Made by a program: the position numbers and the translations under genes. Below the pieces are notes generated by a model. It worked only from the letters and a program-made list of their open reading frames with translations. It did no database searches and had not been told where the DNA came from. A DNA stretch of 64,000 nucleotides from Bdellovibrionota bacterium. GTDB taxonomy: Bacteria > Bdellovibrionota_C > UBA2361 > JAAYZI01. Location of the stretch: positions 1,188,139-1,252,138 of the forward strand of contig JBMNIF010000002.1 in the NCBI GenBank assembly GCA_050950765.1. Direction: 5' to 3'. Positions within the stretch are counted from its first letter, which is position 1; every line of letters starts with the position of its first letter. Shown here in pieces: positions 49,616 through 59,766 of the stretch.

Positions 49616-50854
49616 CTAGTTGCGGGCAAGAGTGGGAGTGTTTAGCTTTATCAGATCTTCTAAGGAGTTACCAAGCTCTGAAGAGTTTCCTATTTTGTAT
49701 GCTACTAGGCAGCGCGTTAATGTAACGGATATCTGTAGATCGCGCGCTAAAGTAGTTTTTGATTCCTTTAGTTCTGCCTGTAAGGTGCTTAAACGAGAGT
49801 TGGCATCATCAAAGAGACCGTTAGCAAGGAGGGTCTTAATAAGGATCAACTCTGCTTTAATCTTTTCATCCCCATCAGTATTACTAACGGCAGATCTGGC
49901 AGCAGCTAAGGCGCGGGCTGCCTCTTGTCTCTCTAGCCAAAAATTAACTAGAGAAGACCAATCCGCCGCTTTTTTTGTGTTCTTCGCTAAGTCCGTTAAA
50001 ATTTGCGCAACTTCATCAAACTTTTTTTCAGTAGTTAAAACTTCAGCCAATGCAGAATATGCCGCTGGATAACGGTATTTTTTTATAAAAGCACGTAGCG
50101 ATCGACACTTCTCTTCAGCACTCTCCTTCGTTCTGTTTTCATTGAGTAACTGTTTAAAACGGAGGCGCGCTTCTGCTTCTTTAGAGTCAGCATCACTTAC
50201 CCCAAGTTGATTCAAGTGATCTTGTTGCTCAAGGGCATCATCAATGCGTCCGATCTCTTCGGAGAGGTTTCGTGCTAAACGTAAAACTTTCTCCGTTTTA
50301 TTATGGTAAAGTGCTAATATTATATTATCTAAAGCTACCGTTTTATTGCCGGAAAGGGCGTGTAGGTGTGCTGCATACATCAACACTTCAAGGTTGCTGG
50401 AATCTTTGGCACGAGCGGCTTCAATCGTTTTTATGGCGTTTGGTAGGTCTCCAGCACCTTCAAAAGATTTAGCCAGCTCCAGCTGCGAGATCATGTCGTC
50501 CGGATTTCTCTTAACGATCTGTTGCCAAAGGTCTCGCGCTTTAGTCCAATCTCCAACGGCAGATAGCCCCCGTGCTTTGACTAAGGCCTGTAATACGGTT
50601 TCTCTTTTCCGTTCACGTTGTTCAAGAAGCTTCTTGTGAATATAAGACCTGATACCAAAGTATGAACCGATAAAACAGGCTAGGGCGATGCCGGATAGGA
50701 AAACTGCCAAGATCAGAACACCTTTATTGCCGGAGATACTTTTTCCAGGAAAGATAGTAATAGTTAACGGTTCTGAATTGCTCAAAACAACTACTATGGC
50801 GAGAGAGACAACAATAGAAACCGATATTAACCAGAGTAGAAATTTTTTTGACAT
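49616..50854 (-). CDS. Membrane-anchored TPR protein with an N-terminal LapA-like domain
   Basis: Two N-terminal TM helices flanking N..P..I (LapA-like), followed by helical TPR-like repeats; no C-terminal rubredoxin CxxC. Confidence 0.65.
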   Translation of the reverse strand: MSKKFLLWLISVSIVVSLAIVVVLSNSEPLTITIFPGKSISGNKGVLILAVFLSGIALACFIGSYFGIRSYIHKKLLEQRERKRETVLQALVKARGLSAVGDWTKARDLWQQIVKRNPDDMISQLELAKSFEGAGDLPNAIKTIEAARAKDSSNLEVLMYAAHLHALSGNKTVALDNIILALYHNKTEKVLRLARNLSEEIGRIDDALEQQDHLNQLGVSDADSKEAEARLRFKQLLNENRTKESAEEKCRSLRAFIKKYRYPAAYSALAEVLTTEKKFDEVAQILTDLAKNTKKAADWSSLVNFWLERQEAARALAAARSAVSNTDGDEKIKAELILIKTLLANGLFDDANSRLSTLQAELKESKTTLARDLQISVTLTRCLVAYKIGNSSELGNSLEDLIKLNTPTLARN

Positions 50855-50860
50855 AATAAC

Positions 50861-51421
50861 TTATCCCTGTTCTTTGTCAGGAAGATTTAACTTTACCTTT
50901 TTTGCCTGATTCCAGAGCGTTTCTAAATCGTATACCTCTCTAACAGGCTCATAAAAAACGTGCACTACAACATCGCCACAGTCAACTAAAGCCCAATGCC
51001 CCTTATCTAAACCTTCAACGGCGAGTGGCTTCATCTTATGTTGTGCCAACATCTGTATAATACGGTTGCAGATACCTTGAACCTGTCTGTCAGAACGTCC
51101 ACTTACAATAACGAAATAATCACAAAGCCCGAAAGATTTTTTTACATCTAGGGCGGAGATATCCATCCCTTTAGCATCTGAACACGCTGCAACTATGGCG
51201 TCAAGCAGGTCGCTACCAGAGAGGGGATCTTGTTTCAGTTTTGAGGGGGTCTTCTTGCTAGGCGGGACCTCAGCAAGGTTTGGTGTTGTATCCTTTAATG
51301 AGGAGACCCGTGTGGCACCCTCTTTTTTTAGAGGTGTTTTTTTTGAAGGTGTTTTTGTAGTTGTTACCTTTTTAGTTGTTACTTTAGTGGTAGTTTTTGA
51401 AGTATCTGTTTCTTTTGTCAT
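50861..51421 (-). CDS. rsfS: Ribosome silencing factor with a long basic N-terminal extension
   Basis: DAKGMDI..LDV, DYFVIVSGRSDRQV, VEG....WALVDCGDVVVHVF...RE.YDLETLW. Confidence 0.93.
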   Translation of the reverse strand: MTKETDTSKTTTKVTTKKVTTTKTPSKKTPLKKEGATRVSSLKDTTPNLAEVPPSKKTPSKLKQDPLSGSDLLDAIVAACSDAKGMDISALDVKKSFGLCDYFVIVSGRSDRQVQGICNRIIQMLAQHKMKPLAVEGLDKGHWALVDCGDVVVHVFYEPVREVYDLETLWNQAKKVKLNLPDKEQG

Positions 51422-51582
51422 AACTCTATTCTGCTATAACTCTTAAAGTTTATACAAGGGTTCATCGCTAAAAAGAACACTTAAAATTTAAAAATATCGA
51501 TCGCAATTAAGTAGAATACTCTATCCATACCGTATTTTAAAGGGAGGGGATGAAAGTTGAAGTCTAAAAGCAGGTCTCCCAC

Positions 51583-52491
51583 TTGGTGGGAGAGTGCGCA
51601 CGTCTTCAGTATGGTCATAGATGCTCTAAGTTGGTGGGAGAGTGCGCACGTCTCCAATATGGTCATTGATGCTCTAAGTTGGTGGGAGAGTGCGCACGTC
51701 TCCAATATGGTCATTGATGCTCTAAGTTGGTGGGAGAGTGTGCACGTCTCCAATCGAGTATCGTATATTGCTATGCAATTTCCTCTAACTTGGTGGGAGA
51801 GTGCGCACGTCTCCAATATGGTCATTGATGCTCTAAGTTGGTGGGAGAGTGCGCACGTCTCCAATATGGTCATTGATGCTCTAAGTTGGTGGGAGAGTGT
51901 GCACGTCTCCAATCGAGTATCGTATATTGCTATGCAATTTCCTCTAACTTGGTGGGAGAGTGCGCACGTCTCCAATCGAGCATCGTATATTGCTATATAA
52001 TTTCCTCTAAGTTGGTGGGAGAGTGCGCGCGTCTCCAATATGGTCATTGATGCTCTAAGTTAGTGGGAGAGTGTGCACGTCTCCAATCGAGTATCGTATA
52101 TTGCTATGCAATTTCCTCTAAGTTGGTGGGAGAGTGCGCACGTCTCCAATATGGTCATTGATGCTCTAAGTTGGTGGGAGAGTGCGCACGTCTCCAATAT
52201 GGTCATTGATGCTCTAAGTTAGTGGGAGAGTGTGCACGTCTCCAATCGAGTATCGTATATTGCTATGCAATTTCCTCTAAGTTGGTGGGAGAGTGCGCAC
52301 GTCTCCAATATGGTCATTGATGCTCTAAGTTGGTGGGAGAGTGCGCACGTCTCCAATCGAGCATCGTATATTGCTATATAATTTCCTCTAACTTGGTGGG
52401 AGAGTGCGCACGTCTCCAATACATCTAGGGCAAAGCATATATTGCCAATGTTCCCCTCTCAATTTAGTGGGAGAGTGTGCACGTCTCCAAT
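51583..52491 (+). repeat. Tandem array of 17 palindromic 28-bp cores with two alternating linker types
   Basis: Core TTGGTGGGAGAGTGCGCACGTCTCCAAT; linker A 20 bp (48-bp unit), linker B 35 bp (63-bp unit); order A A A B A A B B' A B A A B A B' C. Confidence 0.95.
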
Positions 52492-52557
52492 GCTTGTAGT
52501 TTTCTTAATCTTCTAAAGGCAAAAATCCTAAAAATTTTGTAAAAAATCGGTCTCTTT

Positions 52558-52611
52558 ACGGACACCTTAAAGCATAAACCTATTAAGGACGTGGAGGCGT
52601 TGATCACTTAC
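52558..52611 (-). repeat. Dispersed ~55-bp element, copy 2
   Basis: Reverse-complement match to 7708-7762. Confidence 0.8.
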
Positions 52612-52794
52612 TTTTTAACGAAGTTTAACTTTAATTCATGTTCTAGGTGCTTTTTTTGATGGTTTTTAAAAAACTTTTTCTTATATTTCAATATGTTACC
52701 TTAACTTATAGGGAATTTAAGGCAAAAAACTTAAAAACCTCGAAAGTTAGGAAAGGTAAAAATTTGCTAAAACCTAAAAACGAGCACTTTAAGT

Positions 52795-55074
52795 AAACCG
52801 AAATAAGTGACTTTCTGTGTAAGATTCAATAGAATCACCCGTCCTTTTATTTTTGTTCTTTAAATGACTAACAAATTGAAATGGTGTACCCTTCGTTAAG
52901 TCAATTTAAAGACGCACTGTTTTTATCTAAAAAGTTTTTTCTTAGGTTCTTTCGCTTCATTTCGACGTTTAAGCGTTCCCCGTTTTTTTAAGTGTTACTT
53001 TAACCTCAACACCTTAGGAGAGTTAAATGAAGCATATCCATGCTGTACTGTTTTCGCTATCACTATTCCTTTTTCCGTTTACCTCTTTTGCTCAAGAGAT
53101 GTCTCAAGGACAAAAGATAGAGATTGAGAAAGATGATCTACGTGACAGGGTTTATTCCGTTAGGATTAAAGATAATACCTTTGGAGGAGGAGTAAATTTC
53201 TCTTTTTCTGCACCTCAAATAACCACTAGAAGTAGTTTAATACTAGATTACAAAGAGCTTGCAAAGCAGTACCTTGCAACTCATGGGGGGCATTTCGGAA
53301 TTACTGATGTAGCAACACAGTTCTTTGAGGGCGAGGTTACAGTTGATAATTTTGGGATGGCTCACGTCCGTTTCCCTCAAGCTTATCAAGGGGTGGCTGT
53401 TACTAATGGCGAAATGATAGTCCATATTAGGAGTAACGGTGCCTTAAAAACAATTAACGGTATCTTTATAAAGGGGCTTTCTGGCTTAAACGTTACTCCA
53501 TCTATTACAGAAAAAGAAGCTACCGCAGTAGCTGCCTCTTACTGGCAACTTAAATACGGAGTTTCTTATGAGGTTGATGATATAGCCCTTGTTATTATCT
53601 CTCCTTCAGAGTTGAAAAATAAAGACGGTAAAAGTTACCTCTCTTGGCGGATTAGGTTAAGTAATGACGGTGAGTTTTTAGACGAAAATGTCTTTATTGA
53701 TGCACACACCGCTAATTATATTACTTATGAAAGTAATATCAGAGCTGCACACGGTGAAAAGACACCGATTTACCGTAGAGTCGCAGAGCTAGCACCTGAT
53801 GGGCAGTGGTGGTTAAATGGAGTTTTCCCAGAGTATCCAGGTTATGTCTTTGGACGGTTAGAAGGAAGACCTGCGCGAGGACCCAATCCATACGTTAATG
53901 ATGGTAAAGGTAGTGGGCCAGATACCGTTTATACTAGGTTAAATCAAGTTCATAAGTTCTTTCAAAATGAGTTAGGGATAAATGGACCCGACGGAAATGG
54001 TGGTATCTTTGTAGCAGAAAGTGGAATAGCAAAAGGTAAAAATGTAACAGATGCCTACACCGATATCACTTGGTGCCCATCAAATGGAATGTTTTCAAAT
54101 AAGCTTCATTTTATGTTTTGCGGATATTCTAAGTTAGAAGATTTAATCGGTCACGAATATGCTCACGCTGTTGGGTGGGGTACATTAAAGTATGCTGGAG
54201 AATCAGGTGCCATAGAGGAAGCCATCTCTGATTTAACAGGATACCGTTTTCAAAAATACCTAACAGGTTCCACCGATTGGGTATGTGAAACTCAAACGGA
54301 GGATGAGTTGCCCTTTAGAAACTCTAAAACCCCAGGTGTTGGCACCCTCGATCCTTCCCCTGTCCACTGGTATGACAGCAATACTGACTGTAGTAGAATG
54401 CACATAATGTCAACAGTTGCAAGCCACGCTGCCTACCTCGCTTCAGAGGGAGGAGAGCGTGAAGGGTGTAAAGTCCGTGCCGTAGGGATTGAAAGGGTAC
54501 ATAATGTTTGGTTTCACGCCAAACTAAATTACTTTCCAAGCACCGTAACGTATAACTCCTCTATTAGTTATATTATGGATGCTTGTGATGACCTCTATCC
54601 AAATACAGTTAACCCCGAAGAGTTTAACCCTATCTGCTACCAGATTAAAAAAAGTATGTTAGCAACAAAGATGGATCAGAGAGGATACTGTAATGATAAA
54701 CGAAAGATCTATGAAAGGGCTCCTTCCTGTGATTTTTGTCCAGATAACCCTAATAAAGATGATATCGGATGTAGTGGTAACTGTGATGGTGAGGCAGACC
54801 TTGATAGTGATGGTGATGGCACACCTGATTGTTACGATGAGTGTCCAAATGATCCTGATAAGGTCACAGCAGGACGGTGCGGCTGCGGTGTTCCGGAAGA
54901 TATTGTGGATTTAGATGATGACACCTTCTGGGGGGCAGGTTCTTGTCCCGCTATTAGAAACGATTGTGATGATACAAAGTTTGATAAAACTGCCCCAGGT
55001 GAGCCAGAGATCTGCGGAGATAATATCGATAATGACTGCGATGGCTTAACAGATGAGGGGTGCGAAGAAGAAGA
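52795..55074 (+). repeat. 2.3-kb segmental duplication (second copy 59536-61814)
   Basis: Near-identical upstream region plus first ~680 codons at an offset of about 6740; diverges after TGCGAAGAAGAAGA. Confidence 0.97.
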
Positions 55075-58000
55075 TGAATGCCCAGAAGATCCAAATAAAA
55101 CAAAGCCAGGGATCTGTGGCTGCGGTGTGCCTGATACCGATACTGATAAAGACGGCACCCCAGATTGTAAAGACCTCTGCCCAGAAGATCCAAATAAAAC
55201 AGATCCAGGGATCTGCGGTTGCGGTAAACCCGATATAGATAGTGATGGTGATGGTGTTTTGGACTGTAAAGATGGGTGTCCTAACGATCCAAATAAAACA
55301 TCCCCAGGGATCTGTGGCTGTGGTGTGCCTGATACCGACACTGATAAAGACGGCACCCCAGATTGTAAAGACCTCTGCCCAGAAGATCCAAATAAAACAG
55401 ATCCAGGGATCTGCGGTTGCGGCAAACCCGATATAGATACCGACGGTGACGGCGTTTTGGACTGTAAAGATGGGTGTCCTTACGATCCAAATAAAACAAA
55501 CCCAGGGATCTGCGGCTGTGGTGTGCCTGATACCGATACAGATAAGGACGGCACCCCAGATTGTAATGATCTCTGTCCTAAAGATCCGAATAAGACGAAG
55601 CCAGGAATTTGTGGCTGCGGCAAACCCGATATAGATAGTGATGGAGACGGTACTCTTGACTGTAAAGATGGGTGCCCGAACGATCCAAATAAAATAAAGC
55701 CAGGGATCTGCGGCTGCGGTGTGCCTGATACCGATACAGATAAGGACGGCACCCCAGATTGTAATGATCTGTGTCCTAAAGATCCGAATAAGACGAAGCC
55801 AGGAATTTGTGGCTGCGGCAAACCCGATATAGATAGTGATGGAGACGGTACTCTTGACTGTAAAGATGGGTGCCCGAACGATCCAAATAAAATAAAGCCA
55901 GGAATTTGCGGCTGTGGTGTACCAGATACCGATAGTGACGGAAACGGTATACCTGATTGCTTAGACACACACGATGAGTGTCCTACAGATCCTAACAAGA
56001 CAAAACCCGGAATTTGTGGTTGTGGTGTACCAGATATAGATACCGATGGTGACGGCGTTTTTGATTGTCACGATAAGTGTCCTAAAGATCCGAAGAAAGA
56101 TATTTCCAGGGATCTGCGGCTGCGGTGTAGTGGATAGCGCTAAAGATAGTGATAGAGACGGCACTCCCGATTGTATTGATAAGTGTCCTTACGATAGACA
56201 AAAGATAGATCCAGGGATCTGCGGTTGTGGTAGACCTGAAACAGATAGTGATAAAGACGGCGTTCCTAACTGTATCGATAAGTGTCCTTACGATCCAAAG
56301 AAAACAGATCCTGGGTTCTGCGGTTGTGGTAGACCTGAAACGGATAGCGACGGTGATGGCACCCCTGATTGTAAGGATAGATGCCCTAATGATCCGAATA
56401 AAACATCACCAGGGCGTTGTGGCTGCGGTAAGCCCGATATAGATAGTGATGGTGATGGTGTTTTAGATTGTAACGACAGGTGTCCTAACGATCCGAAGAA
56501 GACGCAACCAGGGCGGTGCGGTTGCGGTGTAGTAGAAAACACTAAAGATAGTGATAGAGATGGGGTTCCTGATTGTATCGATGGCTGCCCAAGTAATCCA
56601 AAGAAAACAAAACCTGATGAGTGGGGGTGTGCTGTTACAGATAGAGATTCTGATAGAGATGGTATCCCCGATATCTTTGACGGATGTCCTTACGATCCTA
56701 ATAAATCAGCACCCCAGATCTGTGGTTGCGGAGTTGTAGATTCTGCAAAAAATATCGCAGATGATGATAAAGATGGAGTTGCTGCCTGTAACGATGTCTG
56801 CCCACTTGAACCTGATGCCTTAACACAGGAGGGGCCATCAACTACCCCTGTCTGGTTTAAAGACGGCATCCAAAATATTGCTGACTTTAAAGATATCTTC
56901 GTAAATGTAGGTGATCTTAATAGAGATGGGCATGATGATGTTGCTCTTGTGCAACCACTTACACAAAAGGGTGGTGTATTAGCTTCTGTCTCTATTTACT
57001 ACGGAGGTGTTAAAGGTATTTCGAGTAAGTCTCCAACTCTTTTAAATCAGTACGGCGCAACTCAAAATGTAGTAAGCTCTGTTATAAAGGGTGGAGATAT
57101 TAACGGAGACGGTTACGGTGATGTTATAGTGATAGACCAGAAGAGTAAGGGACGTATCTTCGTTTATTACGGGAGCTCTTCCGGAGTTAGATCTACACCT
57201 GCATCAGTAATTAACAACACTAAATATATTACAGACCTTACTGTTTTCTCTGCTGGAGATATTAACGGAGATGGTTACTCTGATGTAGTTGTCTCATCTA
57301 AATCTTTCGGAGTGCATGTATACTACGGACGCACTGCAGGACTTCCCAATACCCCTAATGATATTATTCCAACGGAGAAAATCCTTCAGATCGCTGCCGC
57401 AAAACCAGCAGGAGATCTAAATAACGACGGATACGATGATCTAATCGCTTACGGCCGTTATAACGGCACCTATAAGGGAGAAGGTGGACGAGTTTTACAA
57501 AACCCGTCATTTATAGCTATCTATCTCGGTTCTTATACTGGGATAACAAAAACACCCTCTGAAGTATATGTATTAGAGAACCTCTATCATGTTTCTGCTA
57601 TCGGAGATGTTAATGGTGATGGTTATGGTGATGTTGCTGTTAATTATGGTGATTCTAAGTTAACAGGTACAGGGCGGCAAGGACTAGTCTCTATCTTTTA
57701 CAGTAAGTCTTCTAAAGTCTTTAGAAAGCCAGCTATTACCTTAGAGAGAGATATCTCAGAAGGTGCTGACTATTTTGATTTTGGATCTATACTACCCACT
57801 ATCACTGGCGATTTTAACGGAGACACCTATCCTGATATTGTGATCACTACTAAAGACTTTGTCTTTATATATTACGGTGGTAGTAACGGCGTAAAAGCAA
57901 CTCCTGCCCTTATCCTTGATTACAAAGAGAAGCATAGTAGCTCGTTAAGTTCAATTAACTCCATAGACGTACCGGATTTAAACGGTGATGGATTTAGTGA

Positions 58001-58454
58001 CCTGATACTGACAGGCTTAAACCTTAAAGGTAAAGAGCTTCGTGCTGAAGCTTTCTTAGGTGGTAACCTACGTAGTGGGCCGACAGTAAAACCTTGCGGA
58101 GAAGGTGAGGAAGAAGATCAAGACGATGCTTCATCTTCTGGTGCTGATGAACCTGAAGATGTGTTGACGTGTTCAGACTCTGATGGTGGTAAGAATAAGA
58201 TGGTTAGTGGGGTAACGAGGTATCGCAATCTAACTTTCAAAGATAAATGTAGTAGTAAAAAACTTCTTATTGAATACTTCTGTAATCCAGCAGGCTTCCC
58301 AACCTTGCAACTCTTTCATTGTAAGAACGGTTGTGAAGCGGGTGCTTGTAAAACAGCACAGACTCTAAAACTCTCTAAGAAACAGAGGAAGAAACAACGT
58401 AAACAACGGAGGCTATTCCGAAAATCACTTCAATCTTATATAGGCGTGCAGTAA
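53027..58454 (+). CDS. Giant secreted M4 (thermolysin-like) metalloprotease with Cys/Asp-rich TSP3-like repeats and a 7-bladed FG-GAP propeller; +1 frameshift near 56097
   Basis: AGGAG RBS, signal peptide, FTP/PepSY propeptide (HVRF.Q...GV.V, VFIDAHT), GHEYAHAV, GAIEEAISD, MHIMS; EICGDNIDNDCDGLTDE; roughly 17 CPxDPxKTxPGICGCG repeats; seven GDxNxDGYxD motifs; the repeat register continues across the two ORFs 53027-56137 and 56046-58454. Confidence 0.88.
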
Positions 58455-58763
58455 ATAAAAATTAGGGGAGGGGAGGAAGAGGCTCACCTTTTTTTCCTCC
58501 TCCCTACCTCCCTAAGAAGAGGGAGGAAAAAGAGAGTGTTGCACAACTGGGGAAGTTCATAACTTTTCCCCCTTCCTATCGAAAAAAACAGAGGAAAAAA
58601 ATTAAATACTTATCCTCGTAACTTCTACGAAAATTACGTAATTATAAAGAGAAATGTTTTTTAGTAAAAAAAGCTAAAGCTTCTTTTCTTTTATACCGAA
58701 GGATCTCACTGTGGGAGCGCGTGAGGGATAGATAAGGTTTTCTATAATTTTTTAAGGAGCCAT

Positions 58764-59078
58764 ATGGCTGGTAGTAAAAAAGGTATTTACTCTAATCGTC
58801 GGGAATGCGGTGCGACAGCTGTTGAGTATGCTATTGGAGCTGCCTGCATCTTGGTTATAGTTGCTACAGGGGTTGTCTCCTTAGGGAACTCCATAAAGGG
58901 TATCTTTTGTGCCATCGGCACAAAAGTTAGTGGCACTACCTCAGAGTTCTGTGCAGCAAGCTCTCCATCTACCTCTCAGCCAGGATGTAGCGGAGCTATA
59001 AGTGGAGATGGCACCTGTGAAGGAGCTAACGAAGGTGGTAGTAACGCCGAAGGTGATGACGATGAAGAACCCTTCTAG
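58764..59078 (+). CDS. Flp/type IVb pilin-like protein with a C-terminal extension
   Basis: AAGGAG RBS; G|ATAVEYAI Flp motif followed by a hydrophobic helix and LG..I..IF. Confidence 0.8.
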   Translation: MAGSKKGIYSNRRECGATAVEYAIGAACILVIVATGVVSLGNSIKGIFCAIGTKVSGTTSEFCAASSPSTSQPGCSGAISGDGTCEGANEGGSNAEGDDDEEPF

Positions 59079-59766
59079 TGTAGGGTGTGTCAGAGGTCTA
59101 CGCGATAAGAGTTGTGAAGAGGTCAATCAAAGCTGTAATAAAGGTAAGGGATCATCAATAGAAGCTACTTAAGAGAAGTGCTGCCCTCTTTTCTAAGAGT
59201 TCTTTCAAGTAAGGTTTTTTTAAGTAAAAATGGTGTTGTGAAAAGAAAAAACCATCTACTACACTTGAAGTTTAAAGCGATTTAACTCTTTTTATAAGAT
59301 AACTATAAACACTTAGGGAAGGTACCTTATAAAAATCATAAAAAATTACGCTTTACGTTTCGCTTTGGTATTTAGTACATTGTACGGTAAGCAGAACTCC
59401 AGATCTAATCTATAAAGTAAATTTTATAACATATTAGAAATATTAAAAATTGAGTGTGCCTAATTAGGCTCTCTCTTATTAAAGATCTTTTGAAAGGTAA
59501 AAATTCCCTAAAACTTAAGATTGCTACCTTAAGCAAAACCGAAATAAGTGACTTTCTGTGTAAGATTCAATAGAATCACCCGTCCTTTATTTTTGTTCTT
59601 TAAATGACTAACAAATTGAAATGGTGTACCCTTCGTTAAGTCAATTTAAAGACGCACTGTTTTTATCTAAAAGTTTTTTCTTAGGTTCTTTCGCTTCATT
59701 TCGACGTTTAAGCGTTCCCCGTTTTTTTTAAGTGTTACTTTAACCTCAACACCTTAGGAGAGTTAA

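Noticed and set aside
51481..52419. Repeat proteins on both strands (188, 147 and 66 aa)
   Set aside because: Open frames follow from unit lengths divisible by 3; no clear RBS; TAG variants break the plus frame; not called as genes
51583..52491. Second CRISPR array
   Set aside because: The linkers are two recurring sequences rather than unique spacers, their lengths are bimodal (20/35 bp), and there are no adjacent cas genes
56046..58454. Independent 802-aa gene
   Set aside because: Its first ~18 residues are out-of-frame repeat sequence; it is the continuation of 53027 across a frameshift
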